A DNA stretch of 64,000 nucleotides from Myxococcota bacterium (lineage in GTDB: Bacteria; Myxococcota_A; SURF-8). The stretch lies in NCBI GenBank assembly GCA_963674735.2, contig CAXXQS010000001.1:352001-416000 (forward strand), in the 5' to 3' direction. How positions within the stretch are numbered: position 1 is the first letter of the stretch; every line of letters begins with the position of its first letter. This document shows, piece after piece, positions 52,346 to 64,000 of the stretch. The notes below the pieces were generated by a model that saw only the letters and a list, made by a program, of their open reading frames with translations, searched no databases and had not been told where the DNA came from. Both the position numbers and the translations under genes were made by a program.

Positions 52346-55300
52346 TGCAACATGCCGGTTCCGAGCTTCTTCAGCACCTCGACCACATTCGTTGTCGCCT
52401 GATCCAACGTCTTAATCTGGAAGGGGTTTTCCGCTGGTTGACCGGCCTGGGGGCTGCGTTTCTGGCGGTCATGGGGTTATTTGCCGTCGGTCTGCCCGGT
52501 GTCGGCCTGCGGCTGCTTTTCTGGCTGCCGATGTTGGCTTGGACCGCGTTTCTGGTGTTCAAGTACCTCGTTCAGCCCAGACGGACCTACCCCGACGCGG
52601 CGGCGGCGGCGGCTTACCTGGAACGGGTGCGCCCGGACCTGCGGGACCGGCTGGTCTCGGCGGCGGAATTCGCTCGGGATGTCGGGGGGCGGACGGCTTA
52701 TTCGCCGGTTCTGGCGGCGGCGACGGTGACGGCGGTATCCGCCGACCTGAAGCCCATCGCACTCCCGGCCCTATTGCCGCCTCGCCATCTCAAACAGCAG
52801 GCTTTATATCTCATTGGAATCGCAGCGGTATTGGCCATAGCCATCTGGAGCGCGCCCGGACCTGCGGCCGGTACCTGGTGGGCCTTGTGGGCCAATCACG
52901 CCGGGGAAGCCTATCACGCGGGAGAAGTGCGTTTTCTGGCGGGGGATGTGAGCTTAAGCTACACCTATCCCGCTTATACCGGTTTGCCGCCCGTAACGGT
53001 GGCCAATAGTGACGGCAGTATCGAGGCCTATCCGGGCAGTCGTGTGCGGATTTCCGTCCGAGCCGCTCAGGCGGCGGACGAGGCGGAACTGGATCTGGAC
53101 GAAGGGGCGGATCTGGCCCTGGCTAGCTTGGGGGACCAGCGTTTCGGAGGCGAATTGACCGTCGCCGTCGAGGATCATTATCGCTTCGTTTTCGACGGGG
53201 TGCGAGACGGACGCGAACGACCGATTCGCGTGCGTCCCGACCGCTCGCCTGCGGTGATCGTCGCGTTTCCCGGCGCGGAACTGGAGGTTCGTGAAAGCGA
53301 CAGCATCGAGCTGGCCTATCGCCTGGAGGATGATTTCGGGTTGATGCGCGCCGAATTGGTGGTGGATTACGCCACCGGTAAGGGACGGGTCGAGAAACGC
53401 CTCCCGCTCAAGCAATTCGACGACATTCCACGTGCCTACGACGGCAATTTCACGTGGGATCTGGCCACCTTCACGTTCAAAGCGGGCGACCGGGTGACGT
53501 ACTATGTAGAAGCCTTTGACAACGACACGGTGAACGGACCCAAAGTGGGGCGTTCGGCCGTGCAGATCTTGAAAGTCTTTTCGGCGGCCGAGCATCATCA
53601 GAAGCTGATCGCCGAACAGGAGAAGTTGTGGGAGACCATGATCGAGGTTCTGGCCAAGTACCTCGAACAAGAGGTGACCCTCGATACGCTGCCCACCTCC
53701 GATGCGGCGCTGAAGGCCATGGGCGATACCGCTCAGGAGTTGAGCCAGACGATCATCGAACCCTTGTCTCACCTCAACGACCAACTGGAAGAAGACCCGC
53801 TGGCGGCCGATCCGGTCAAACAGTTGATGACCAACTTGTTGATGGAATTCAGCTTCAACCGCGACAATTACGATGAAGCTTATGAACGCCACAGCCGAGA
53901 CGGTGTGACACCCAGCCGCCGGGGCTGGATTGTGTCGGATCTGGCGCGCCTGCGCGAAGCAACGGTGGGACGGCTCGAAAAGGGTGTGATGGACCTGTAT
54001 GAGCTGCTTAAAAAGCAGAAATACGACGCCCTGGTGGCCGAAAGCCAAACCCTGGCCGAACTGCGCGACGAGATTCGAAAGCTGCTCGACGAGTACCGGC
54101 GCACGGGCGATGAGTCGCTGAAGGAGCGTATCGGCGAACTGCTGGCCGAGTTGCGCGAGCGGCTCAACGATATGATGACGCGCATGGCCCAGGTGGTCAA
54201 AGAGATTCCCGAGGATTTCATCAACCTCGACAGCCTGTCGTCCAAGGAAATGGACGAAGGTTTGGATAAACTGGATGAAATGCTCGAAGACGGCAACATG
54301 GACGCCCTCATGCAGCAGTTCGAGGCCCTCTCGATGGATCTCAACGAGATGCTCGACGGATTGAAAAAGGGGTCGGAGGATCTGGGCGAATCGCTCTATG
54401 CCGAATCGATGAAAAAGCTGCTCGATTTCCAGAAAGACCTGGAACAGCTCATCCGTGCCGAGCAGGGCTTACACGAACAGACGCGCGCACAATCGGAAGA
54501 TTATCAGGATGCCCTCAAAAAAGCCATGGATCCCAAGAAGTTGAAGCGGGCCATGGCCGGCCTGCGCAAGAAGGCCCAACGCGCCCGGCAGCAGATCAAG
54601 GATATCGGTTTCCATCCCGACCAGGGTTTGCGCCGCCAGTTGGAGGCGGGAGAAAGCGAACTCGACAACCTGGACAAACTGCTTGCAACCGAGGATGTGG
54701 GGAGCGCGTTGGAGCAGAGTCGCAACGCCGAACGGCGTTTGTCGCCGTTGTCCGAGTATCTGAAACAACCCTATATCCGGCGCTATCGCTCCGACCAGGA
54801 TGCCGCCGCCGATCTCAAACACGCGGAATCGGCGACGCAACTCACGAAAGAGGTGACGCAAGCGCTGGAAAAATTGATGCCCGACCCCGGTAAGTTGATG
54901 GGGGAAGAGGCGCGCCAACAGATGGAAAGCATGGCGCGCATGCAACAGAAATTGCAGCGGGAAGGCATGTCGCTCGATCACCAGGCCGATAAAATGTCCG
55001 AGGAAGCTCCCTTCATGCCGTCGGAAACCGGCCAGTGGATGCAGCAGGCGGGGGAGGGCATGCGGAAATCCCAGCAAAGTCTGAGCAAAATGCAACCGGG
55101 ACAGGCCGAAGGCCATCAGCAGCAGGCGATCCACAACCTGCAACAGGTGCGCCAGGGTTTGCAAAATGCCATGCAGCAGATGCAGCAGGGCATGAAATTC
55201 GGCGGAATGAAGCCGGGCCGCCATGGAAACAAACCGGGTGGCCGTCACCTCAAGCAGGAGAAGGTGGCCATTCCCCAGGCGGAGGATTATAAAACCCCCA

Positions 55301-55398
55301 AAGAACTCCGGGAAGACATCCTGGAGGCCATGAAACGAAAAGCGCCGGAATCTTACGAGCCGCAAAACCGTCAATACTACAAGGAGCTCGTCCGATGA
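52345..55398 (+). CDS. DUF4175-like membrane-anchored coiled-coil protein
   Basis: N-terminal TMs, YPAYTGLPP, DDFGL, AFDND..GPK, Gln-rich coiled coil, C-terminal YYKELV. Confidence 0.8.
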   Translation: MQHAGSELLQHLDHIRCRLIQRLNLEGVFRWLTGLGAAFLAVMGLFAVGLPGVGLRLLFWLPMLAWTAFLVFKYLVQPRRTYPDAAAAAAYLERVRPDLRDRLVSAAEFARDVGGRTAYSPVLAAATVTAVSADLKPIALPALLPPRHLKQQALYLIGIAAVLAIAIWSAPGPAAGTWWALWANHAGEAYHAGEVRFLAGDVSLSYTYPAYTGLPPVTVANSDGSIEAYPGSRVRISVRAAQAADEAELDLDEGADLALASLGDQRFGGELTVAVEDHYRFVFDGVRDGRERPIRVRPDRSPAVIVAFPGAELEVRESDSIELAYRLEDDFGLMRAELVVDYATGKGRVEKRLPLKQFDDIPRAYDGNFTWDLATFTFKAGDRVTYYVEAFDNDTVNGPKVGRSAVQILKVFSAAEHHQKLIAEQEKLWETMIEVLAKYLEQEVTLDTLPTSDAALKAMGDTAQELSQTIIEPLSHLNDQLEEDPLAADPVKQLMTNLLMEFSFNRDNYDEAYERHSRDGVTPSRRGWIVSDLARLREATVGRLEKGVMDLYELLKKQKYDALVAESQTLAELRDEIRKLLDEYRRTGDESLKERIGELLAELRERLNDMMTRMAQVVKEIPEDFINLDSLSSKEMDEGLDKLDEMLEDGNMDALMQQFEALSMDLNEMLDGLKKGSEDLGESLYAESMKKLLDFQKDLEQLIRAEQGLHEQTRAQSEDYQDALKKAMDPKKLKRAMAGLRKKAQRARQQIKDIGFHPDQGLRRQLEAGESELDNLDKLLATEDVGSALEQSRNAERRLSPLSEYLKQPYIRRYRSDQDAAADLKHAESATQLTKEVTQALEKLMPDPGKLMGEEARQQMESMARMQQKLQREGMSLDHQADKMSEEAPFMPSETGQWMQQAGEGMRKSQQSLSKMQPGQAEGHQQQAIHNLQQVRQGLQNAMQQMQQGMKFGGMKPGRHGNKPGGRHLKQEKVAIPQAEDYKTPKELREDILEAMKRKAPESYEPQNRQYYKELVR

Positions 55399-56960
55399 AA
55401 CCGTTTATCTGGCTGATTGTTATGATGAGTATGTGGCCGATGGCCGCTTGGGCGGCGTCCGACAACGACGCGGTTGCCCAGGGACACCGGCTTCTGGACA
55501 ACTGGCAGGTGGAAGCCGCAGGGGAGGTGGCGCGTTCGCTCGAAGAACGGGAGGCGGATAGTCTGCGCGACTTGTTCTTTCTGGGGCGCTACTACTTCGA
55601 GCGCGGCGATTATCCCAAAGCCCTCGATTATGTCAATGGGGCGGGCGACTACCTGCCGGAAGCCCCCTACGAGTTCGATTACACGGCCTACCTGATGGCC
55701 GCCTACGAGAACACCCGGGAATTCGAACGGCTGCAGAGCGAGCATTTCGAGGTGCGTTTTCGCCCCGACAAGGAGCGTATCATTGCTCGTGCAACGCTCG
55801 AAACCTTGGAACGGGCGCGGGAGGCCTTCTCCCATGATTTCGGCTACGCGCCGTCCGACCGCATCGTGGTGGAGCTGTATCCCGAGTTGCCGATGCTGGC
55901 CCGCGCAACCGGGTTGACACTCGCCCAGCTTAAAACTTCGGGCACCATCGCCATCTGCAAGTTCAATCGCATGATGATCAGCTCGCCCCGCGTCGGTTTG
56001 ATGGGGTATCCCTGGCGCGACACCATCGCCCATGAGTTCTCCCATCTCATCATCTCGCGCGTGTCGGGAAACACGGTGCCGATCTGGTTGCATGAAGGGC
56101 TGGCGAAGTTTCACGAAGAACGCTGGCGTATGCCTCCCGGCGGACAGCGGGAAGCCTCGGGCGAGGCGCTTTTAGCGCGGGCGCTCAAAGAGGACAAGCT
56201 GATTACGCTGGACGAGATGCATCCGTCCATGGCGCTCTTGCCATCCCAGGAGCACGCCGCGTTGGCTTACACCGAAGTGCTGACCATGATTCAGTGGTTG
56301 CACCGGCGCGGTGGGGCGCAAGGTTTGCAGAAGTTGTTGGCTGCCCTGCGCAAAAGCGGCGATCTGGACGATGCCTTCCAGCGGACCTACGGGTTTGACG
56401 TGGAAGGCTTGCAGCGCGCCTGGAAAACGGACGTGAAGGATTGGAACCTGCGCCAGGATGCTTACGGCTTCAACGACTACTCCATTCTGTTCGACGAGGG
56501 CGAGCCGCCCGACCCCGAGAAAGCCATTGGAAACATCGAAGCCATACGCGGACGCCGCTTCGTCACTCTCGGAAAACTGCTGAAAGATCGCCAGCATCAC
56601 AAAGCGGCGGTGAAGGAATTCGATAAGGCCGAGCCGTTTGTGCAGCGGGGCGATCCGCGTCTGAGCACCCTCAAGGCCGATAGCCAGATCGAATTGGAGC
56701 AATACGATGCCGCGATAACCACCCTCGGACCGGTGTTCGAACTGGCTCCCAACTGGTTGCCCAGCCGGGTCCGCGCCGGAGAGGCCCTGATGAAGCTGGA
56801 GCGTTACGAGCAGGCACTCGAACAACTGGTTTACGCCTTCGGGATCAATCCCTACGACCCACGCATCTACCAACTTATGGCCCTGTGTTACGACAAGCTG
56901 GGTGATACGCATCTGGCCGAAAAGGCCCGCGCCGACCTCGCCTTGATCGCCGCCCGTTAA
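55395..56960 (+). CDS. Secreted peptidase MA-clan metalloprotease-like protein with TPRs
   Basis: Signal peptide, AHEFSH (HExxH), PIWLHEGLA, TPR helices. Confidence 0.85.
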   Translation: MKPFIWLIVMMSMWPMAAWAASDNDAVAQGHRLLDNWQVEAAGEVARSLEEREADSLRDLFFLGRYYFERGDYPKALDYVNGAGDYLPEAPYEFDYTAYLMAAYENTREFERLQSEHFEVRFRPDKERIIARATLETLERAREAFSHDFGYAPSDRIVVELYPELPMLARATGLTLAQLKTSGTIAICKFNRMMISSPRVGLMGYPWRDTIAHEFSHLIISRVSGNTVPIWLHEGLAKFHEERWRMPPGGQREASGEALLARALKEDKLITLDEMHPSMALLPSQEHAALAYTEVLTMIQWLHRRGGAQGLQKLLAALRKSGDLDDAFQRTYGFDVEGLQRAWKTDVKDWNLRQDAYGFNDYSILFDEGEPPDPEKAIGNIEAIRGRRFVTLGKLLKDRQHHKAAVKEFDKAEPFVQRGDPRLSTLKADSQIELEQYDAAITTLGPVFELAPNWLPSRVRAGEALMKLERYEQALEQLVYAFGINPYDPRIYQLMALCYDKLGDTHLAEKARADLALIAAR

Positions 56961-57031
56961 GCGGAATTGACAGCACCCTCCACCCCGACTACCATACGGG
57001 AACTGTTTTTCATGTTCAGGAGGATGCGGCG

Positions 57032-57319
57032 GTGGCGACAAACGAAAAACAATCGGCAAACGGCGTGGCGAAAAGCCTTAAAACGGCGTTGTTCGTGGTA
57101 CTGGTGGCGTCCGTTGTGGCGGCGCTCGTCTGGTTGTCGCTGCACCCGAAGCACGTTCCCGTTTTACCCGTCGATGCCGACCACCGCGACGTCGCCGACT
57201 GGACCACTTGCCTGACCTGCCATGGACCCGACGGACCCAATCCGCTCAAACAGGGACACCCGGTGCATCAGGATCAGTGTTTTCTCTGCCACCAACCGCC
57301 GGACGGGGAAAAACGATGA
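57032..57319 (+). CDS. Small membrane-anchored diheme cytochrome c
   Basis: One TM, CLTCH and CFLCH plus extra His residues; GGAGG upstream of GTG; ATGA overlap with next gene. Confidence 0.8.
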   Translation: MATNEKQSANGVAKSLKTALFVVLVASVVAALVWLSLHPKHVPVLPVDADHRDVADWTTCLTCHGPDGPNPLKQGHPVHQDQCFLCHQPPDGEKR

Positions 57320-60300
57320 GCGTGACCAGCCATCTGACCATTCACCCCGGTTTGTTTGAGGCCTCGCGGGCCACCGAGCACGATTTGGCCGCGGCTACCG
57401 GCGGTACTCTGTTTATGCAACCCCACGCCACCTTTGCCGATCTGACCGCGCGTCTGCATCGCCGCTTGCGCCTGGAAGGCCGAGTCGCTTCGCGGGTCGC
57501 GTTGCGTTTGGCCTTGGTGGAGGCGCTCGATGCCCAGCCGCCCGCGCCGGTGGACGACTTGCAGCGCCGTCACCTGCCCGACAGTCTGTTGGAGTTGTTT
57601 CACATCCTCGACGGTCTGCCCCTTCAATGGCGTAAGGCGAACAAGCTTGAGTCGCTTTTACCGGCCACTCCCAAGGGACGCTTTTTGGTGAGTGTACATC
57701 GGACCTGGCGCGCGCGCTTACGGGAGCGCGGTCTGCTGACGGCCGGGGACGTCCTAAGCGCGTTTCTGGCGGCCACTCCCGGCGCGTATCCCCGGTTGTT
57801 CGAGAATCTGCAAACACTGTGTTTCGAAGGTTTCGTCGATCCCAATCCGCTGGAAGCGGCGGCGATGCGTCATTTGCAGGGCTGGGTCTCCGTCACCCTG
57901 CGGCTGCACGCCGATCCGGATCGCCCGGATTTGTACACGCCGCTTGAACCGCTGTTGAAAAGCATCGAGGGCGCAATCGATGCCGCCGATCTGGATATCG
58001 AGTTCGTTGCGCCGCGACTTTCAGGCGATTCTATCCGTTCGGCGCTGGCTGCACGGTTATTTCGCGAAGACGCGCCGGACGATACTCCGCTGGAGGATGA
58101 ACGCCTGAGCTTGTGGGCTTTCGAGAATCGTCGAGACGAGCTGCACGCCGTGCTCAATGCGGTGCGCCGTCTGCTCGATGACGGCGTGTCGCCCGGTGAC
58201 ATCGCGTTGGTCGCACCGGAACTGGAGGCGGTGCGCCCCTACCTGCGGACCGCTATTCGTGAGAGTGGTTTGCCCATCGCCTATCAGCGCAGCCTGCCTG
58301 TTTTCGATACGCCCCCGTTTCGCTGGCTGTTGCGGCTGATCGAAACCTTGTCGGGCGAGGCGTCCATCTCCGTGTTGAGCGATCTGGCTCGGGCGGCGGA
58401 ACCGTTCGGCGTCGGACCGGGGGGCGCGGAATGTCTGGCCGATCTGGAAGCGCGTCTGCGTGCGGAAGGCCTGGATTCATTGGGTGGAACGGCCTGGAAA
58501 GCGGTGTTGCCGCTTCTTGTGAAACGGGATTCCGATTTCGCTTCGACGGAAGCCGAAGCCTGCGTGGATGGGTGGCAGGCCTGGCTGGCCGCCTGGCGCG
58601 ACCCGCGTTCGCCTGCCGAATGGATGGCGTACTTGGGAGATCGACTGGCCGCCATGGTGATTCCACCCTTCGCGTCCGCCCATGATCAACGGCATTTCGC
58701 CTTGTCATGGCATGCCTGGCAGACGGTGTCGGGTATCGTCGCCGAGTGGCGCGAGCAGGAAGAAGCGACCGAAAAAGACCATCCGGTTCGCGCGATCGAC
58801 GGTTTGACTTTTCTCAAGCAGGTGATCCGTGCGGCCGATACGTCGATTGGTCTGCGTTCGAGTCCGGAGCCTGAAACCGTGGCGGTTCTGACGCCGGCCG
58901 AGGCGGCCGCTTTGTCGGTAGAACATCTGTTCGTGCTTGATTTGGTGGAGGATGTCCTCCCACCGAAACGACGCCAGACGCCGCTATTACGGGATTCGGA
59001 AACCCATCTGATTCATACGCGCATCGGTCATCTTCTTTTTCGCAGTGGGGCGGCCACGTTCCGGCTGGCGCGCATGCAGTTTGTCCGCTTGTTGATGCAG
59101 AGCCGTCATGTTCGGCTGGCGACGGTGATCGAGGATGACGACGGGCAGGCGCAGAATTCCTCTCCCTTTTTCGAAGAATGCCGCCGTGTACTTGGCGTGG
59201 ATGACGAACGCAAACCCGCTCTTTGTGGAGATGTGCCCGACTGCGCGAGCCCGGCCGCTGCGGCTCGTTGGCGGCAACGCGCCGCTTTGGCTTTGCATCA
59301 CCGGGCGCTTGACGTGACGAGCTTGCCCGCATCCGAGCGATCGACGATCGAGCGGGCGGTGGACAAAATGGCGGCGGAGAGCGAACGACGCGCATTCATG
59401 AAAGAAGTCCGTGCGATTCGACGCGCAGCCTTGAGCGGTGCCTATACCGGAATGTTACCGGATGGACCGCGCGGATCGGCCGGATATTCGGCCGGACGTT
59501 TCGAAAGCTATGCGACCTGTCCGTTCCAGTATTGGGCGCAGAACGTTTTGGACGCCGCTCCCTGGGACCGGGTAGGGCCGGAACTTCCACCGCTGATGGC
59601 GGGGAATGCGATTCACGATTTGCTGAAGACCTGGGGCCGGGAAGGCTTTGTGGTCGTGCTCGACGATGAACGCGGCTTGCAGCGGGTGCGGGCGGAGCTG
59701 CAGGAAGCTTTTGCACGGGAAACCCGCTGGCTGCCCGTCCTGACTCGGCGTCTAAGTGCGTTGGCGGCGGAGGGGTGGGCTATCAAGCTGATGGCGTTTA
59801 TGCGCGTTCAGCGCGAGCGCTTTTTGCTGGATGCCAAGCCCTGTCTGTTCGAGGCCGATTTCGGTATCGGAGAGGACGACCCGTTACCGGCACCGTCGAT
59901 CGAGCGTAAGACGGGGTTGCCCATTCGCTTGCGGGGACGCATCGATCGGGTGGACGCAGCTCCTGGCGTCGTGCGCTTGGTGGACTATAAAACCAGCTCC
60001 GATCCCACCGGCTATGGCCGATTGCGTAACGTGTCGGCTTTCGGGGTGTCGTCGTTTCAATTGCCGATCTATCTGTTGTCTCTGAAACTGGCGGTGGAAC
60101 GCGGCGATTTCGGAGATGATGTCGCGCTTTTGGAGGGTGGCTATCTGTTTGTGGGCAAACCCGACACCTGGCAAATGATCAAAGATGGCGCTCGCGCCAA
60201 GCCGCTTGGGAAAGGCCCAAGCCTCGACGACCCGCTTTTCACCCATTACCTGAGTCTCGACCCCAAGATTCGCCGTTCCATGAACGAGGCCCGCATGCCC

Positions 60301-60453
60301 AACCTGGCCAATCAGCTTTCCGCTTTGGTAAATCGCATGGAAACCGGCGACTTTCAAATTACCCCGCGCGACTGTACCCATTGCCCCTTCGGCGATGCCT
60401 GCCGCGTGCAACCCATTTCGATACGCTTCGACGAGGAGAATCAAAGCCCATGA
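57316..60453 (+). CDS. AddB/RexB-like PD-(D/E)xK nuclease with Fe-S staple
   Basis: Degenerate helicase-like N-terminus; [36 protein letters not shown]. Confidence 0.85.
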   Translation: MSVTSHLTIHPGLFEASRATEHDLAAATGGTLFMQPHATFADLTARLHRRLRLEGRVASRVALRLALVEALDAQPPAPVDDLQRRHLPDSLLELFHILDGLPLQWRKANKLESLLPATPKGRFLVSVHRTWRARLRERGLLTAGDVLSAFLAATPGAYPRLFENLQTLCFEGFVDPNPLEAAAMRHLQGWVSVTLRLHADPDRPDLYTPLEPLLKSIEGAIDAADLDIEFVAPRLSGDSIRSALAARLFREDAPDDTPLEDERLSLWAFENRRDELHAVLNAVRRLLDDGVSPGDIALVAPELEAVRPYLRTAIRESGLPIAYQRSLPVFDTPPFRWLLRLIETLSGEASISVLSDLARAAEPFGVGPGGAECLADLEARLRAEGLDSLGGTAWKAVLPLLVKRDSDFASTEAEACVDGWQAWLAAWRDPRSPAEWMAYLGDRLAAMVIPPFASAHDQRHFALSWHAWQTVSGIVAEWREQEEATEKDHPVRAIDGLTFLKQVIRAADTSIGLRSSPEPETVAVLTPAEAAALSVEHLFVLDLVEDVLPPKRRQTPLLRDSETHLIHTRIGHLLFRSGAATFRLARMQFVRLLMQSRHVRLATVIEDDDGQAQNSSPFFEECRRVLGVDDERKPALCGDVPDCASPAAAARWRQRAALALHHRALDVTSLPASERSTIERAVDKMAAESERRAFMKEVRAIRRAALSGAYTGMLPDGPRGSAGYSAGRFESYATCPFQYWAQNVLDAAPWDRVGPELPPLMAGNAIHDLLKTWGREGFVVVLDDERGLQRVRAELQEAFARETRWLPVLTRRLSALAAEGWAIKLMAFMRVQRERFLLDAKPCLFEADFGIGEDDPLPAPSIERKTGLPIRLRGRIDRVDAAPGVVRLVDYKTSSDPTGYGRLRNVSAFGVSSFQLPIYLLSLKLAVERGDFGDDVALLEGGYLFVGKPDTWQMIKDGARAKPLGKGPSLDDPLFTHYLSLDPKIRRSMNEARMPNLANQLSALVNRMETGDFQITPRDCTHCPFGDACRVQPISIRFDEENQSP

Positions 60454-60905
60454 CCGCTCACATTTCCGTTGCCATCCTTCGTGTCCGCAACGGTTTCGAA
60501 GATATTTCGCTTCCGCATTACCAGACTCCCGGTTCGGTGGGAATGGATCTGCCCGCAGCCATTACGGAACCACTCCTGCTCAAACCCGGAAAACGAACGC
60601 TCGTCCCGACTGGCTTGGCCATCGCGTTGCCGGATGGATACGAAGCGCAGGTAAGGCCGCGCAGTGGGCTGGCGGTCAAGCATGGGATTACCGTGCTCAA
60701 CGCTCCGGGGACCATCGATTCGGATTATCGCGGCGAGATCCGTGTGGCGCTGGTCAATCTGAGCGAGGAGCCGTTCGAAATCAAGCGGGGCGAACGCATC
60801 GCCCAACTCGTCGTGGCGGCGGTGACCCGCATCGCTTGGTCGGAGTCGGATAGCCTGGACGAAACCGAGCGCAACGGAGGCGGTTTCGGGCACACCGGCC
60901 GCTAG
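60450..60905 (+). CDS. dut: dUTP diphosphatase
   Basis: [36 protein letters not shown]. Confidence 0.96.
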   Translation: MTAHISVAILRVRNGFEDISLPHYQTPGSVGMDLPAAITEPLLLKPGKRTLVPTGLAIALPDGYEAQVRPRSGLAVKHGITVLNAPGTIDSDYRGEIRVALVNLSEEPFEIKRGERIAQLVVAAVTRIAWSESDSLDETERNGGGFGHTGR

Positions 60906-60929
60906 TCAGCTAAACGCACGCCTGTTTTC

Positions 60930-61784
60930 TTATTTCTTTTTTCCGGGAATGGGCATGCCCAGGTGGGTGAGAATCTTCTTCAGATCTTCCCACACCAAGC
61001 GTCGTTTTTCGTCCAGCGGGGGACGTAAGCAATAGGACGGATGGAAAATCGGAACGGCGGGGATGCCTTCCAATTCATAAAAAGTTCCGTGCACCTTGGT
61101 GATGCCGGTACGTTCACCCAGCATATGCAACATGGGCACACGCCCTAGAAGCACGATAACCTTGGGATTGATCGCGCGAATCTGGGCGCGGATGAAACCG
61201 ATGCAAGCGGCGACTTCGTCTTTTTCGGGGTCGCGGTTTTTCGGCGGACGACATTTGACGATGTTGCCGATGTAAACCTTTTCGCGCGGGATTCCCATAC
61301 CCAGTTCGATCCATTTATCGAGCAGCTTGCCCGCCCGGCCCACGAAGGGACGCCCGCTGGCGTCTTCATCGGCTCCCGGTCCTTCCCCGATGAACAGGAT
61401 GTCGGCGTGGGGGTCGCCTTCGCCAAAAACGATGGAATGGCGGGTTTCGTGAAGCTTGCAGCGTTGGCAATCTCCCAACTCGGTGCGCAGATCTTCAAGC
61501 GTAAGACGTTCGCCTGTTGCGCTCGTGGTCTCGATTGGAAAGGCGGCGGCGACGGGAGCGGCTGCGGTTTTGCCGGAAGATTTGCTGGCTTTGGCGGGCA
61601 TGGCTTCGGCGCTTCTCCTTGACGGTTCGAGCGGAGGTTTGGAACTTGGCGATGCGGGTGCGGGACGGCTGCGTGCGGCGAGCAACTCGACGGGCAATCC
61701 CGGGTGCCCCAGGCGTTTTTGCCAGACGAGATAGTCCCGCAAGGCGGCGGACAGATCCGCAGTATCGTTCGGCCACTCGCTCAT
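60930..61784 (-). CDS. Uracil-DNA glycosylase family 4 (Fe-S)
   Basis: [35 protein letters not shown]. Confidence 0.94.
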   Translation of the reverse strand: MSEWPNDTADLSAALRDYLVWQKRLGHPGLPVELLAARSRPAPASPSSKPPLEPSRRSAEAMPAKASKSSGKTAAAPVAAAFPIETTSATGERLTLEDLRTELGDCQRCKLHETRHSIVFGEGDPHADILFIGEGPGADEDASGRPFVGRAGKLLDKWIELGMGIPREKVYIGNIVKCRPPKNRDPEKDEVAACIGFIRAQIRAINPKVIVLLGRVPMLHMLGERTGITKVHGTFYELEGIPAVPIFHPSYCLRPPLDEKRRLVWEDLKKILTHLGMPIPGKKK

Positions 61785-63250
61785 GTTTCACTGGGCTCCG
61801 TTTTGGCCGGCTTGGGTGCCGCCGGTTTGGGGGTTGCCGGTTTCGATGCGGCCGGAGGTGGACTGCTGATCGTCTTATCCGTTTCGGCTTTGGGAGCGGC
61901 CTGAGCCGGAGCGGGCTCCGCATTTTTCGCAACGGGTTTGCGTGGGCTGCGCGAGCGGGAACGCGAGCGGGAAGGCCGCTGGTTGCTGCGACCGCCGCGA
62001 CTGGAGCGACTGGTGCGTCCATTGGACTGGCTGGCGCGTTCTTTCTGGATCAGATCGAACAGGATACGCGCCACCTCGCTTTTCGCCAGCATGGGCAAAG
62101 ATTCGATATGGCCTTTGCGGTCGATGATTTTGACCACATTGGTGTCGACCTCGAAACCGGCGCCTTCCAGGCTGATGTCGTTGACCACGATCATGTCGAG
62201 CTTTTTCTCGTTAAGCTTGTTACGCCCGTTTTGCATCACCTGGTGGGTTTCGGCGGCGAAGCCGACCAGGAACTGCTTGGCGCGCTTTTTATTACCCAGT
62301 TCCTTTAGAATATCGGCCGTACGGGTGAGCGGCAGGCTGAACTCGCTTTGCTCCTTGTGGATTTTCTGATCGGATCGTCGCGCCGGGCGATAGTCGGCCA
62401 CCGCCGCCGCTTTGATGATGATCTGGGCGTCTTTCGCATGTTTCAGCGTGGCTTCGAGCATCTGGTCGGCGCTACGTATGGAAACCACCTCGACATCGCT
62501 GGGCGGGATCAGATCGTTGGGACCGGAGATGAGAATGACTTTGGCGCCGCGCGCACGGGCTTCTCGGGCGATGGCGAAACCCATTTTACCGCTGGAACGA
62601 TTGGCGACATAGCGGACTGGATCGATGTCCTCGTAAGTAGGTCCAGCTGTGACGAGGACTGTTTCGCCTTCCAAGTCCTGTTCAGTTCGGGCGGCATACA
62701 CCGCGGCATCCAGGATTTCGTCCAAAGCGGCCAGACGTCCCTTGCCTTCTTCGCCACAGGCCAATTCGCCGGAGTCGGGCGGGACGATGACAAAACGGCT
62801 GTGTTCGGACAGACGTTTCAGGTTCGCTTGCACGATTTCATTTTGCCACATGGCCCAATTCATGGCCGGGGCGATGACGATCGTTTTACGCGCCGCCAGA
62901 AGCAGGGTGCTCACCAGATCGTCGGCGAGGCCGTTGGCCAGTTTGCCGATGATGTTGGCGGTGGCTGGGACGATCACGATGCAGTCGGGCCAGCGAGCGG
63001 CTTCGATGTGGCTGATCTGCGATTCGCGTTGCGGGTCGAACAGATCGAGCAGCACGCTGCGGGTGCTGAGTGCCTGGAAGGTCAGCGGGCCGACGAAACG
63101 GGTGGCGGCGGCGGTCATGGCTACGCGCACCTCGGCTCCCTGTTTCGTCATCATGCGCACGAGTTCCGCGGATTTGAAGGCGGCGATTCCTCCTGTGACA
63201 CACAGCAGGATGCGTTTTCCGTCCAAAATACCCATCGTTGTTATCTCCAT
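61781..63250 (-). CDS. coaBC: Bifunctional phosphopantothenoylcysteine decarboxylase/ligase
   Basis: TGGIAAFK, PAMN, LACGEEGKGRL, TAGPTYEDIDPVRY.ANRSSGKMG, AAVADY, GFAAET. Confidence 0.96.
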   Translation of the reverse strand: MEITTMGILDGKRILLCVTGGIAAFKSAELVRMMTKQGAEVRVAMTAAATRFVGPLTFQALSTRSVLLDLFDPQRESQISHIEAARWPDCIVIVPATANIIGKLANGLADDLVSTLLLAARKTIVIAPAMNWAMWQNEIVQANLKRLSEHSRFVIVPPDSGELACGEEGKGRLAALDEILDAAVYAARTEQDLEGETVLVTAGPTYEDIDPVRYVANRSSGKMGFAIAREARARGAKVILISGPNDLIPPSDVEVVSIRSADQMLEATLKHAKDAQIIIKAAAVADYRPARRSDQKIHKEQSEFSLPLTRTADILKELGNKKRAKQFLVGFAAETHQVMQNGRNKLNEKKLDMIVVNDISLEGAGFEVDTNVVKIIDRKGHIESLPMLAKSEVARILFDLIQKERASQSNGRTSRSSRGGRSNQRPSRSRSRSRSPRKPVAKNAEPAPAQAAPKAETDKTISSPPPAASKPATPKPAAPKPAKTEPSET

Positions 63251-63282
63251 TCTTCGCGGACGCTGCCCGCGGTATCGTCGGT

Positions 63283-64000
63283 TCAGTCGTCGTTCAGTTT
63301 AAGTGCAGCCAAGAAGGCATCCTGGGGGATTTCGACTTGTCCCACCATTTTCATGCGCTTTTTACCGGCCTTCTGCTTCTCCAGAAGTTTACGCTTACGG
63401 GAAATATCACCGCCGTAGCATTTGGCCGTCACGTTTTTACGGAAGGCCCGGACGGTGGTGCGGGCGATGACACGCGTACCGATCGCGGCTTGGATAGCCA
63501 CCTCATACTGCTGACGCGGAATCAATTGTTTCATCTTTTGGCACATCGCCAGACCCCGTTCACGAGAGCGCTCGCGGTGGGTGATCAACGACAAGGCATC
63601 CACCTTTTCGCCGTTGACCAGAATATCCAGCTTGAGCAAATCGGCTTTCTGGTAGCCTTTGATTTCATAGTCGAGCGAGGCATAGCCACGGGTCGTGGAT
63701 TTCAATTTGTCGTAGAAATCGAGAATCACCTCGGCCAACGGCAGTTGGTAGGTGACCATCACGCGGTTTTCTCCGACATAGGTCATGTCTTCCTGAACGC
63801 CGCGCCGTTCTTCGCACAACTTCAGCACCGGTCCCACATATTCGGTGGGCATATGGATATGCGCTTTGATGATGGGCTCCTCGATGGAATCCACTTCCAT
63901 CGGTTCGGGGAGCTTGGCCGGATTGTCGATCTGGATGGTCGAACCGTTGCGCAAATTGATGCGATAAATGACGGTCGGGGCGGTGGTGATCAGATCGAGG
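63283..64000 (-). CDS. lepA: Elongation factor 4 (C-terminal part, truncated by window edge)
   Basis: [47 protein letters not shown]. Confidence 0.97.
   Translation of the reverse strand, partial: LDLITTAPTVIYRINLRNGSTIQIDNPAKLPEPMEVDSIEEPIIKAHIHMPTEYVGPVLKLCEERRGVQEDMTYVGENRVMVTYQLPLAEVILDFYDKLKSTTRGYASLDYEIKGYQKADLLKLDILVNGEKVDALSLITHRERSRERGLAMCQKMKQLIPRQQYEVAIQAAIGTRVIARTTVRAFRKNVTAKCYGGDISRKRKLLEKQKAGKKRMKMVGQVEIPQDAFLAALKLNDD

Overview
GC-rich bacterial chromosome segment. Gene content (Cys-rich DGD-repeat lipoproteins, DUF4175, CheX, a HesB-like selenoprotein) suggests a deltaproteobacterial/Myxococcota-like lineage; this is inference only. From ~6.8 to 37.9 kb lies a redox/metal-stress neighbourhood: three tandem rubrerythrin-like ferritin genes in line with a Rieske/cytochrome b pair and a CydA-like cytochrome c plus partner, copZA, a soluble Cys-PAS chemoreceptor opposite cheX-cheY-vWA/(PE)n, an OrpR-like sigma54 activator with UAS repeats and a -24/-12 promoter driving a thiol-redox operon, SOD, and a Sec/Cys pair of HesB-like proteins. 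The Sec gene has an in-frame UGA and SECIS-like hairpin and is truncated in the ORF track. Accessory DNA includes an AT-rich AbiJ-like gene beside a tmRNA-like 3' fragment, a tandem array of Cys-rich lipoproteins with constant-variable-constant architecture (third copy apparently frameshifted in a T6 run), REP-like hairpins with covarying stems, and an AT-rich two-component island at the 3' end of rlmH. The right part is mostly housekeeping (rlmH, rsfS, nagZ, addB-like, dut, UDG, coaBC, partial lepA). No rRNA, full tRNA/tmRNA, CRISPR array, integrase or transposase was seen. All family calls come from motif recognition by eye, not from database searches.
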